A stretch of DNA of 64,000 bases. Source: Lama guanicoe. Taxonomy: Eukaryota. The position numbers and the translations under genes were made by a program. A model generated the notes under the pieces. It worked only from the letters and a program-made list of their open reading frames with translations. It was not told the origin of the DNA and did no database searches. Positions 39,630 through 50,050 of the stretch are shown here, one piece after another. Within the stretch, counting starts at the first letter, position 1. The number at the start of each line of letters is the position of its first letter. The DNA lies in NCBI GenBank assembly GCA_013239625.1, contig MU053352.1:417485-481484 (forward strand), given 5' to 3'.

Positions 39630-41280
39630 TACTGTGTGTAAAATACCATTCCCTACTCAGAGGAAGTGGCGCTCCTTGAAATATGGCTGATTTTCAGGTC
39701 TGGGACAGTGAAAATACAAAATGAGCCTCAAATATATTACTGGGTCAGAAAGTAATGTTCAAAGAATGATGGAGGCATGTTACAAGGACACAGGAGTCAG
39801 CTTGAAAGGGTTCCCACTGGACAAATCTGGGATAATTTGGGCAGTAATAGATTAAAACCCACTGAATAAAATAGGAATCCACAAATCCATACTGAAAGAA
39901 GTAATGAGTGCATAAATAAGCGGGGGAGAATGGAAAGTGCTACTTCGCAGTAGAATGCCAACTAATAAATATACTTTTAAGAGCCATCACAGTAGTAACT
40001 GGTTCAGACAAGAATCATCAATGGATGTAAAAATAAGTGGGTGCAAGTTTGATGAGACAGAGGCTATTAATGTAGTTCCAAAATATCTCCCCACAAAGTA
40101 CCTATTTATTACTTTATAGCGGAAATCTGGCAGACACCATCTTCATGAAGTGATAAAAGTTAACATCAATGGTAACAGGACCACATTTCCTGGTATTGAG
40201 GTACTGAGAACACAGCATCGCGTCTGTGCAATTCTTGCCCAAAATGCACAGCCTGAATCTAATCATGAAGAAACACTGAATAAACTCAAATTGAAAAATA
40301 TGCATAAAAGGTTAAGTGGTCTGAACTCTTCAAAAGTGTTTAGGTCATGGAAGATAAGGAAAGACTGAGAAATAGTTCCAAATTAAAGGGGACAAAAAGG
40401 ACAAAATGCAATATGTGATCCTGGACCAGAAAGAAAAAAGAATAAAAAGGGAAGTTTGTCTTATATTTTGGGTTTTTTTAGTTATAAATAATATTTTTGG
40501 GACAACTGGCTTCAACTTACTCTCAAATGGTCCAGGGGTGGGGGGGAGAGATACAGATAGAGTTGATTCTCATTATTTGCAGTAATGTTCAATAAAGTCA
40601 CCATAAATGCTGAATTAATGAGTATACTAAACCACTATCCCTAAGGGGAAATACATGGCTAGGTTCCTGCCAGCCTTCAAAGGCATTCTCATCAAGAAAT
40701 CAATCCATGACCTTGTTTTATGTTTACTTCTGTTCAAAGACACCCTATTTAATGCATATAGTGAGTCATTAACATTGAACTCATGGCCAACAGCCCTGTA
40801 ACTCATGCCTGAACAAAGCTTATCTGACCTACATTTTCTTCATAAGGCACATCACAGCCTTCCTGCACTTAGGAGTACTATACAGCACTTCAGCACTACA
40901 TTTGGGGTGGGAGGGTCACTGAAAACAGCAAAACCATCGACAAAAAGCACAAAACTGAAAATGTGGCGTTACATAGACGGTGAAAAGGACCCTTGCTTAC
41001 AGTATGAGCTAAAACAAGAAGGCAGAGCACCCCGCCTTGTCTGACCTTAGCTGGGAGCACCAGCATCGGGGCACTAAAAATTTTGCCCTTCTGCAAATGT
41101 CTGCAGACAATATGAAAATGCCGAGACAGACAGAAACAGACAGGCAGGCAAGTGTGGCAAAATGTTAACAGGCGAATTTGGGAGAAGAAAGGTATATTAA
41201 TTCTTTATCCTATTCTTGCAACTTCTAAGTTTGATTTTTATTTCAAAATAAAAGGTTAACAAAATTTTTTAAAATAAGGC
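39630..41280 (+). mobile_element. L1MC3/4-type 3' region carrying a nested MER82-like Tigger element (40560-~41125)
   Basis: L1MC motifs (ggaaatctggcagacaccatct, gcctgaatctaatcatgaagaaaca); MER82 start agttgattctcattatttgc and body cattaacattgaactcatggccaacagc. Confidence 0.78.
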
Positions 41281-42794
41281 TTTCATCCCATTTACTTTAA
41301 AATAAAAATGAAAGAGGCCCTAAAAGGTTAAGAGCCTATGAAACAGCAAATTGATGGAAGGTATGCTGGAATGGTGCCCTTCTGAGGCCCTGTTACATAA
41401 TCAAACAGGTATCAGCACCCAGACTGGAAAGCCCATACCAGGTCATCCCTGCCCACTGCTCTCTTTCATCAGACTCTGGGCTCCTCCTCACCAGCTAGTG
41501 ATTCAAGCAGCAGAGGAACTATTTATGGCTCTGGAAGTTTAAAGACCATAAACATATCAATATGGATGTAAGTCAGGTGGCCTCAGAAATCTAAGTTATT
41601 CTAACACCTAAAGGAAAAGATCACAAGCTAAAACCACAGGTTTGTCTGTGAACATGTTTCCCATCTGCAAGCCTTAGATGATAGGGACCATTTCTATTTG
41701 CGAATATATATACTCAGCCCCTAACACACTGCACTCACAACAGGTACTCACAGAAATCTGTTATTTCATGGAAGGGAGGGAGAGCAGAAGGATGGAAAGA
41801 AATATGAAATAGATGAAACAGAACGCATTTTAAGAACCACACCAAAAATCATAAAGAACAGGAAGAGAACCTGGCTTAATTAAAAACATAGAAATACAAT
41901 TACTACTTTTTTAATGTCAACAGGAGAATTACGTTTAGCCAAGAAATACAGAAAAATGGAAGTGAGGAGAAAGAATTTGAAAATATCCATCTGAAAGTGC
42001 CAAGGAGAAGGCATGCCCTGACCAATTCATTTAACATTTACTTTGCAGGTGTATCCTGTGGTGCGTTTGTTTATCTATTCAGTATCAAGGACCTGCTATA
42101 CGCCTGGCAACATAGCTAGGCCTGGGGCTAGAAAGACAGACATGTATTCAATGTGAAGACCTCGTACAATGAGAAGACAAGATGTTGACAGCTTATAGTC
42201 AGCACAGGACACTGACACACATCCAGTATCTATTCTCTCCTTCCACATAACAGAATGTTCAGGTGGGCACATGGCTGCCCAGAATAAAAACTACAGTACT
42301 AGCTCCCCAGCTACTAACTTCTGAAATTAAGTTCTGATTAAGAGAAGTAGGTAGGATCATCAGGTGATAGGTTCCTGTAATCTGCTGTTAACAGCCGGCC
42401 AATGCACTCTGGTTCATACATCAGTTTAGTAAGCACAAGTCCATCTCCAAAAGACTCAGGGACCATTCACAAAATTGAGGGTGTGGGTGAATTAGAAGTG
42501 TTGCAGCCTGGTGGGAATTTATAGTCTGGGTTCTACCAAGGTTAGGGAACTGCAAGCCTTAAAATGGGTATAAAGTGACTGGAGACTAGTAATGTACCAA
42601 GCAGACTAACAGAGGGAAATGTAAACCTTTTTTGAAAGAAGGCACCTTCATCATAAGCCTGAAGACATTTCTATACATATTTTAAAATATAAAATGTCTA
42701 GCACACAAAGAAGCTAGACTCCACAATAAAGGGTACAAACAACAGATCCATGAGGCTTCAGACATTAAAGAGATATATACATATAGTTGTACCC

Positions 42795-43264
42795 ATGGAT
42801 ATGATCTATTACAGCAGAAGGCACAAAGCAAAATCAGCAAAGAGGAAAGGAGCATGGGGCAAGGTCTGCTGGAAATCAGGTGCACGTTTCCAAGAGTTCT
42901 CTCTCTGGGGAGTCTTATAGGATACCCTTAATTCCTCCCACATCGAACTGTGTGAACACATGAGAAGTGTCCACCAGTGACACTTATTAGAGACTCAGTG
43001 CCAAAAGTTTTTATTGGGGGGTTGGTCCTATGGGCAACCTTTGCCTCACATGCACCAAAATTCCAGACTCCCAGGAGGAAAGGTGTTCAGCCTAAACCAC
43101 AGAGTTTGCACAGTACAGACATAGTTAACTACCATCATCAGTTAGGGAATGGTGGGAAACCACCTGAAAATTAAGTTTTTAGATACCAGTCAAGGGTGAA
43201 CCTTGCAAGCAGGACTTTCTAAGGACAGCAGTGTCAGGCTGCTAGGTTAATTCTTTTCTGCACA
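42795..43264. mobile_element. MER21-family ERVL LTR fragment
   Basis: aaagcaaaatcagcaaag...gagactcagtgcc...ttctaaggacagcagtgtcaggctgctaggttaattcttttctgcaca. Confidence 0.78.
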
Positions 43265-43739
43265 GACAGAAAACAAACATTAATAGAGAAGATCAAAGAC
43301 AAAAGTTAGCTCCTTAAAAACACTAATAAAATTGACAAATAGTGAAACTAATCAAGAAGAGAGAGAACACCAAATAAACCACTACTCGTGGGGAAAGGCA
43401 AACATATCATTATAAATTATACACCCTAAGAAGATACTATAAACAATTTGATACAAGTAAATCTGAAAATGTAGATAAAATTGATAAATTAGAAAAACAA
43501 AACTTACTAAAACTGGCAAGAAATTAAAATATGAATAATCCAATAACCATTAACAAAATTAAATGCTAATACAAACCTTCCCACAAAGAAAACTGGACCT
43601 AGATGGTCTTACTGTCAAATTCTACCGAAGCGTAAGAAAAAATTTCATGCCGATCTCACATAAACTCTTACAGAAAATTTTACAAAAAATGTAACCCTAC
43701 CCATCCAAAAGCTACATAAACCTAGGTAGTTTTTTTCTA

Positions 43740-43866
43740 AACATTTTTTAATTGAGTTATAGTAATTTTACAATGTTGTGTCAAATTCCAGTGCAGTGCA
43801 CAATTTTTCAGTTATACATGAACATACATATATTCATTGTCACTTTTTTTTTTTTTGCTGTGAGCT
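43740..43866 (-). mobile_element. Young L1 3' end with long TSD
   Basis: Flanks agctacataaacctaggtagtttt (~43710) and agctacctaaacccaggtagtttt (~43863). Confidence 0.8.
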
Positions 43867-44945
43867 ACCTAAACCCAGGTAGTTTTATGAGACCAGCCAC
43901 AACCTCAATACAGAATCTAAGAAGGACATTTTTAAGAAAGTAAAATTATACATCAGTCTCCCTAATAAACACTTACATAAAATCTAAACAAATTATTAGC
44001 TAACTGAAGTCAGCAACATGGAAAAAGGATAAAATAACCTGAGGGAAGATGAAGAATTTAATTCCAGAAAGGAAAGGTTATTATTAGAAAAATCAACCAT
44101 TAAAACAACAGACAACCATCAAAACAATAACCATTTCAAAAGTTGCAGAAAAAACAGCTGCTTTTTAAAAAAGTCAATATCCATTCATAACAAAAAGTCT
44201 TAGCAAACTAGGAAGGGATACAGGTTATCTATGAAACACTTATAGCAGATACCACACTTAGGATGAAACATTGATAGTTTTCCTTTTGAGATTAGGAGTG
44301 TGACAAGTAAGATCAATATCACTTCTATTCAGCATGATACTGGAGGTCCTGGATGACAGAGTTAGCAAGTAAACAAAATTACGGTCATAAAGATTGGAAA
44401 GGGGGGAATAAAGTATCATTCTGCATATGATATGACTGTACCTGCAGAAAACCCAAAAGAATCTAGAGGTAAACTACTAAAATTTATAAGAGAGTCTATC
44501 AAGACTGTTTGATATGAAGTCAATATACAAGAATAAATATACAGTTGATTGTTACTTACAGTAATTACGTTCTACATAGTCACCCCAAACATTTAATTAG
44601 TGAATAATGAACCCACTGCTCCTGGGGGAAATATGTATATGTACGTATATACACACAAACATACATTTTTCTCTGTCTCCATATATATGTTTTTTTCACA
44701 TAGATTATAAGCTTATATCCTTTAAAACAACTCATCCTGTTAGATTCTAATTTTCATTTTATAGACAAGAAAATGAGGTTCATTGTTAAGTGACCTGTCT
44801 GAGGCTTCCCACTGAACAAGTGTCAGTGGGTCTCAAGTCCTATCTAGCTGGCCCCAGAGCAGGAGCTTCTTGCACTACGCTGTTCTGCCCCTTCTCTCTC
44901 CATCCTCTGACTATCTCTGCATGAGAGCTAAAATAAAAAGAAAGC

Positions 44946-46888
44946 TAAAAAGTGAGTATACAGGGAAAAACAAGTGGGTATAGAGGGAACACAGCTCAAC
45001 ATAATAAAGGCTGTATATGACAAGCCCACAGCTAACATCATACTCAATTGTGAAAAACTGAAACCTTTTCCTTCAAAATCAGGAATAAGACAAGGATGCC
45101 CACTCTTGCCACTTTCATTCAACATAGTTTTGGAAGTTCTAGCCAGAGCAATTGGATAAGAAAAAGAAATAGAAAGGCATCGGGGGAGGGTATAGCTCAG
45201 CGGCAGAGTGTGCACTTAGCATGCACGAGGTCCTGGGTTCAATCCCCAGTAACTTGGTTGAAACGAATAAATAAATAAATAAATCTAATTACCTCCCTCT
45301 GAAAACTAAAAATAAATAAAAACACTAACATAAAAATAGATCCATAGATCATGGAACAGAATAGAGAGCCCAGAAGTAAACTCATGAATATATGGTCAAT
45401 TAATTTATGACAAATGAACCAAGAATATACAATGGGGAAAGGACAGTCTCTTTAATATCAATAAAAGGTATTGGGGAAAATGGACAGCAACATGCAAAAG
45501 AAGCAAATTGGGCCACTATCTTACTCCATACACAAAAATTAACTCAGAATGGATTAAAAACTTGAATGTAATACCTGAAACCATAAAACTCCTAAAAGAT
45601 ACCTCAGGCGGTAAGCTCCCTGGTATCAGTCTTGACAATGAGTTTTTGGATTTGACACCAAAAGGAAAGGCAACAAAAGCAAAAATCAACCAGTGGAACT
45701 ACATCAAACTTAAAAGATTCTGCACAGCAAAGGAAATCATCAACAAAATGAAAAGGCAACGTACTGAGTGGGAGAAAACATCTGCAAACCATGTATCTGA
45801 CAAGGGGTTAATATCCAAAATATATAAAGAATTCATATAACTCATTAGCCAAAAAAAATCTTGATTAAAAAGATAGAGGATTTGAATATTTGAATAGAGA
45901 TTCTTCCAGAGAAGATATACAAATAGCCAACAATACATGAAAAGATGCTCAACATTGCTAATCATCAGAAAATGCAAATCAAAGCCGCAGTGAGTTACCA
46001 CCTCACACCTGTCTGAGAATGGCTATCTCAAAAAGATAACAAATAACAAGTGTTGGCAAGGATGTGGAAAAAATGGAACCCATGTGCACTGTTGGTGGGA
46101 ATCTAAATTGGTGCAGCCACTATGCGAAAAAGTGCAGAGGTTCCTCAAGAAATTAAAATAGAACTACCACATGATCCAGCAATTCCACTTCTGGGTATTT
46201 GTCTGAAGAAAATGAAAACACTAACTGGAAAAGATATATTCACCCCATTTCATTGTAGCATTATTTACAACAGCCAAGACATGGAAGCAAGCTAAGCAAT
46301 CAACAGATGAATGGATAAAGAATGTGTGATGTATGTATATATACAATGAACTATTATTCAGCCATAAAAAGTGTCACAGCCGTAAAAATTTTGCCGTCTG
46401 TGACAACATGGATGGACTTTGATATCATTATGCTAAATGAAATAAGTCAGAGATAGAAAAATGCTACATGATCTCACACATGTGGAATCTAAACAAAACA
46501 AAAGATACAAACAAAAAAAATAAGCTCACACAAAAAAAAAAAATAAGCTCACAGATACAGAAAACAGATTGAGAGTTGCCAGAGGTGGGGGGTAGGCCAA
46601 ACAGGTAAAAGGAGATAAAAGGTACACACACCCAGTTATAAGTCATGGAGATGTAATATACAGTATGGTGACTATAGTTAATATTACATTGCATATTTAA
46701 AAGTTGCTAAAAGACTAAATCTTAAAAGTTCTCATCACAAGAAAAAAAAATTCTGTAAGTATGGAGACAGACATCAACTAGAGTTACTGTGGTGATCATT
46801 CCACAATATATACAAATACTGAATCATTGTTGTACACCTAAAACTAACATAATGTTGTATATCAATTATATTTCAATTTTTAAAAAAA
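44946..46888 (+). mobile_element. L1MA9-like element (ORF2 fragments plus 3'UTR)
   Basis: ORF track peptides [16 protein letters not shown]...[12 protein letters not shown] and [17 protein letters not shown]...[12 protein letters not shown]; typical 3'UTR ending in an A tail. Confidence 0.9.
45182..45321 (+). mobile_element. Camelid SINE (Vic-1-like) inside an L1
   Basis: GGGGGAGGGTATAGCTCAGCGGCAGAG...(AATA)n...CTAATTACCTCCC tail; no TSD seen. Confidence 0.9.
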
Positions 46889-47359
46889 GAAGCCAGAGTA
46901 TTGCCTTGTTCCACCTCAGCTGAGAATGTGCCTGCTGGGCACTCAAATTTTTCAGTGTTCTACCCATGTCTTAGAATGACCCAAAAGTACTGAGATTTGG
47001 CAGTTAAAATAAACTTGGCAAGTAGGTGAATTCACAAATTCAGAATTCACAAACAATGAGAATCAACTATATAGTTCTATAAACTAGCAATAAACAAAAA
47101 GCAAAAATCATTTACATTTATACACTGTTTTCAAACCACAAATACCAAACAGGAGTAAATCTAACAAAAGGTGTAAACACTTCTACAGGGAAAATCATAG
47201 GACTTGCCATAATACAGTTATTTTCCCCGATCTAATCTATAGATTCAAAGTAATCCCAATTAAAACCCCAATTAAAGCTTTTGTTTGAGGTGGAAAGAAG
47301 ACTTGACAAGTTGTTTCTGAAGCTTATATGGAATTACCAAAGACCGAGAAGAGCTTATA

Positions 47360-47578
47360 GAAATTTTTTTCTCACCACAATTTTTTTAATAGTATACTGC
47401 ACATTTTTTTTAGTTTACATATATGTACTAATTATTGTTTCTAAGAAGATTAGATCTTTAGCTTTTTAAACTTACATAGTTATTAAAGGAATAAAGCCAA
47501 CTACAAAATAAGAATCAACAATCATAAACGACAGTCAAATGTGCTTATACATATCCAAGAAATCAAAATAATAATTAG
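47360..47578. mobile_element. MER97-like DNA transposon fragment
   Basis: ctaagaagattagatctttagc...aggaataaagccaac...gtcaaatgtgcttatacatatccaagaaatc resembles the recalled MER97 consensus. Confidence 0.6.
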
Positions 47579-48107
47579 ACATTCTTTAAGAAGTATTAGA
47601 TAAGTGGTATTAGATCTCAGACTCACTGTAAAGCTATGCAATCAAGACGTTACAATTTTGTATCAAGGACAAACTGACCACAGGAACAAAGTAGAAATCC
47701 CAGAAACCGACTTGGGCTTAAATGGATCCTTAGTTAACGACAATAGTGACACTACAGTCTTTTCAATAAACTGTGCTGGCACAACAAAGGGTCTCTTTTG
47801 AAGGAAGCCTAATTACCTCCTCCCACCAAAAAAAAAAACCTACCAAAAAAATCAAAATTTTAATGAGGGGTATTTCCACACACTCAAAACGGTTTTTGAC
47901 TGTAATATAAGGTATGAAACGTGCATTATACTCTATATATGAGAATCCCAAAATATCAACAAAAAACCGAAAGTACCTATCTCACTACTCATAATTTAAG
48001 AAAAAACTACTGTTTTATTACACATTATTTTCACACACAAAATGTTTACAGGCTTTTGTAACGGGCCATAATTTCAGTTAACTTTTCTGTCAAGTTCCAT
48101 CACTCAC

Positions 48108-48130
48108 CTGGAGTCAACCTTCCTCTCCAT
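48108..48130 (-). CDS. SFI1: SFI1 first coding segment (MERKVDSR) within exon 2; the whole exon spans 48108-48235
   Basis: Acceptor ttttcttatag|TTAGAAG at 48235; ACA ATG G strong Kozak context at 48130; donor TCCAG|gtgagt. Matches recalled human MEKKVDSR. Confidence 0.88.
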
Positions 48131-48133
48131 TGT

Positions 48134-48205
48134 TCACTTAATCCCTTTCTGATGGAAATTCAATCCGTGGTTTGATAAACACTTCTCAGTGAGCAGATTC
48201 TTCAT
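48134..48205 (-). promoter_or_regulatory. Upstream in-frame ORF of 23 codons (MKNLLTEKCLSNHGLNFHQKGIK*) in the SFI1 5' leader
   Basis: ATG at 48205 in weak context (ttcATGA); TGA at 48136-48134; homologous to the recalled human SFI1 N-terminus. Confidence 0.85.
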
Positions 48206-48391
48206 GAATCAAAGTCTTTTATCTTCCCCTTCTAACTATAAGAAAAAGGGGAATAAAAAAGAAAGTAAATTACCTTAAGTCTCTTAAGGAGCCACAATTA
48301 TGAGAAGCTACATGCCTGTTCTTAGTCTCCTGCCCCTCCTTCTTAATTCAACAATAGATGAACGTGGGAAGTCTCTGATTTAAAAACAAAG

Positions 48392-48508
48392 TTTTTTGCT
48401 TGGTTTTTTTGGGGGGGATTAATTAGGTTTATTTATTTATTTTTGATACTGGGGATTGAACCCAGGGCCCCATGCAAGCTAAGCTACCACTGAGCTATAC
48501 CCTCCCCC
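48392..48508 (-). mobile_element. Camelid SINE (Vic-1-like, internally deleted) in SFI1 intron 1
   Basis: Plus strand ...ggggattgaacccaggg...taccactgagctataccctccccc. Confidence 0.88.
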
Positions 48509-49099
48509 TTCTAAATTTTTAATTACATGTATTAATTTGGAAAATATAAATGTAAAAGAATATTAAAGAAGTTTCTACAGTATTCTGCAGCTAACAATGA
48601 ATGATTTTACTAAAGAAAAGCAAAGAAATTCCTAAATTTATATCGTAAATCTTAGAATAAGTTTCAACTACTTCTTCCAGGAAGCCTTCCATGACATCTT
48701 ATACTCAAAAGCCTCATATTTTCATAGCAATTAGGCGGGTATCATGCCATCTAGAATGTATATACTAGATTCAAAATAGCATTCATGGAGCGGGTACTCT
48801 GTGCTAGCTATAGTATTAAGCACTTTTCATTAATTATCTGCTTTAATACAACCACCCCAACAGGTGTTAGCCATCTTCATTTCGTAAACGAGGTGCCTTT
48901 GGTCACCAGCCAAGTGGTAGAGCTGGGACTGGTACTCAGGCCCCTAACACCATTCACTTAGCACATATTCACTATCATCCAAAGGTTAACAAGAAACCCG
49001 AACGGCCTCCCACTGCAGGTGTTAGCCCTTCACTTCCCCTCAGGGCTCAGGTGGGGTCCCTGAGGTCTGCATACTCTCACCCCTTGTCCCGCCATACAG

Positions 49100-50050
49100 C
49101 AGAGATCCAGAAACCACGGATTCGGAGCCGCGCACGCTAAGGACCCCCGCACGGAGGCGGCACTGGCCCCTCACCCGCTGCAGCTCCCACAGCCCGGGCC
49201 CCCAGACGCCGGCGAGAAGCAGGACCCTGCAGGGCGAGAAGCGTAGCTCCGGCGCCGCCCTGCGAGCGCTGGTCACCTCCCTTCCACTCCAGACCTCGGC
49301 TCGTGGCGGGGGGCATCACCTGCACTTTCAGGGGAAGAGGAAACGGAGGCTCCCCAGGAGTCGCCCGGCCCAGTTCGCAGGGACGTGCGCTCGCCGCTGG
49401 GCTCCGGCCCGAGAGGGCGAGCCGCTCAGAGGCTGGGGACTCTGACCTGGCCTCGCGCCCGGGGAAGCCGAGCCCTCCCGCGTCGCGCCTCAGAGAAGTC
49501 TTGGCGGGCGCCGGCCGGACTCCTCAAGCCGGCGCGGCCCACGCCCGCCTCCGGCTTCCCGCGCCTCGGGACGCAGGTCTCGCGCCGGCCCCGCCCCCAT
49601 CTCCGCGGCGACGCGGCGTGCGTGAGGGACGCCCCGCAGGGGCCCCGGAGTTCGCGCAGCCTCAGTGAGGCGGCGGGCACGCCTCCCTCACGCCTCCCTC
49701 ACGCCTCCCTCACGCCCCCGTGGAGCGCAGGCGCCGCGAGTCTGGCCTGAAGGACGCGGACCGATGCGCGGTCTGGGCGGCCTCATGGAGGGCTCTATGT
49801 GAGCTTAGCCTCCTACTGCTGTTCCTAGACGCGAAGAGTGGGAGGGCTTCGCGCGGCGAGCCCAAGGGATGAGGCTCTCGTCCGGCGGTCCTCCTCCCCC
49901 ACCTCCAGGCTCCCACGTGAGCCTCCCTGGCTCTCGGTTCTCCGTGGATCCCGGGGAGCTCGAGCCGGCCCGTAAGACGTCGGGCGCGCGCATGCGCGGG
50001 CCAGGGAAGGTGTGACTCTGGAACGCGGGAGCAGGGTCGCAGGGTTCCTC
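49100..50050. promoter_or_regulatory. CpG island: SFI1 promoter and non-coding exon 1 region, with NRF1 palindrome GCGCATGCGC at 49988-49997
   Basis: Dense CpG and GC boxes (GGCCCCGCCCC ~49587) lying ~0.9-1.8 kb upstream of the exon 2 acceptor; exact exon 1 limits not determined. Confidence 0.85.
49678..49716. repeat. 11-bp tandem repeat (CACGCCTCCCT)x3.5
   Basis: Read directly: units start at 49678, 49689, 49700, with a partial unit at 49711. Confidence 0.95.

Larger units (their letters stand above)
44542..47069. mobile_element. MER82-related TcMar-Tigger MITE split by an L1
   Basis: Left TA|CAGTTGATT; right AATCAACTA|TA; both arms align with the MER82-like copy at 40560. Confidence 0.75.
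43270..47790 (+). mobile_element. Old L1 ORF2 remnant hosting several nested insertions
   Basis: Degenerate ORF2 sequence at 43270-44540 resumes collinearly at 47072 after the Tigger MITE. Confidence 0.72.

Noticed and set aside
44974..45840. Reverse-transcriptase-like ORFs
   Set aside because: Broken L1 ORF2 fragments with stops and the catalytic segment deleted; not an active or domesticated gene
47360..47578. Possible processed-pseudogene 3'UTR with poly(A)
   Set aside because: Better explained as a MER97-like transposon fragment
48134..48136. SFI1 as a pseudogene because of the early TGA
   Set aside because: A strong ATG follows 3 nt later, and all 15 exons keep an open frame and canonical splice sites
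49040..49993. Overlapping 60-120 aa ORFs in the SFI1 island
   Set aside because: Same GC-content artefact
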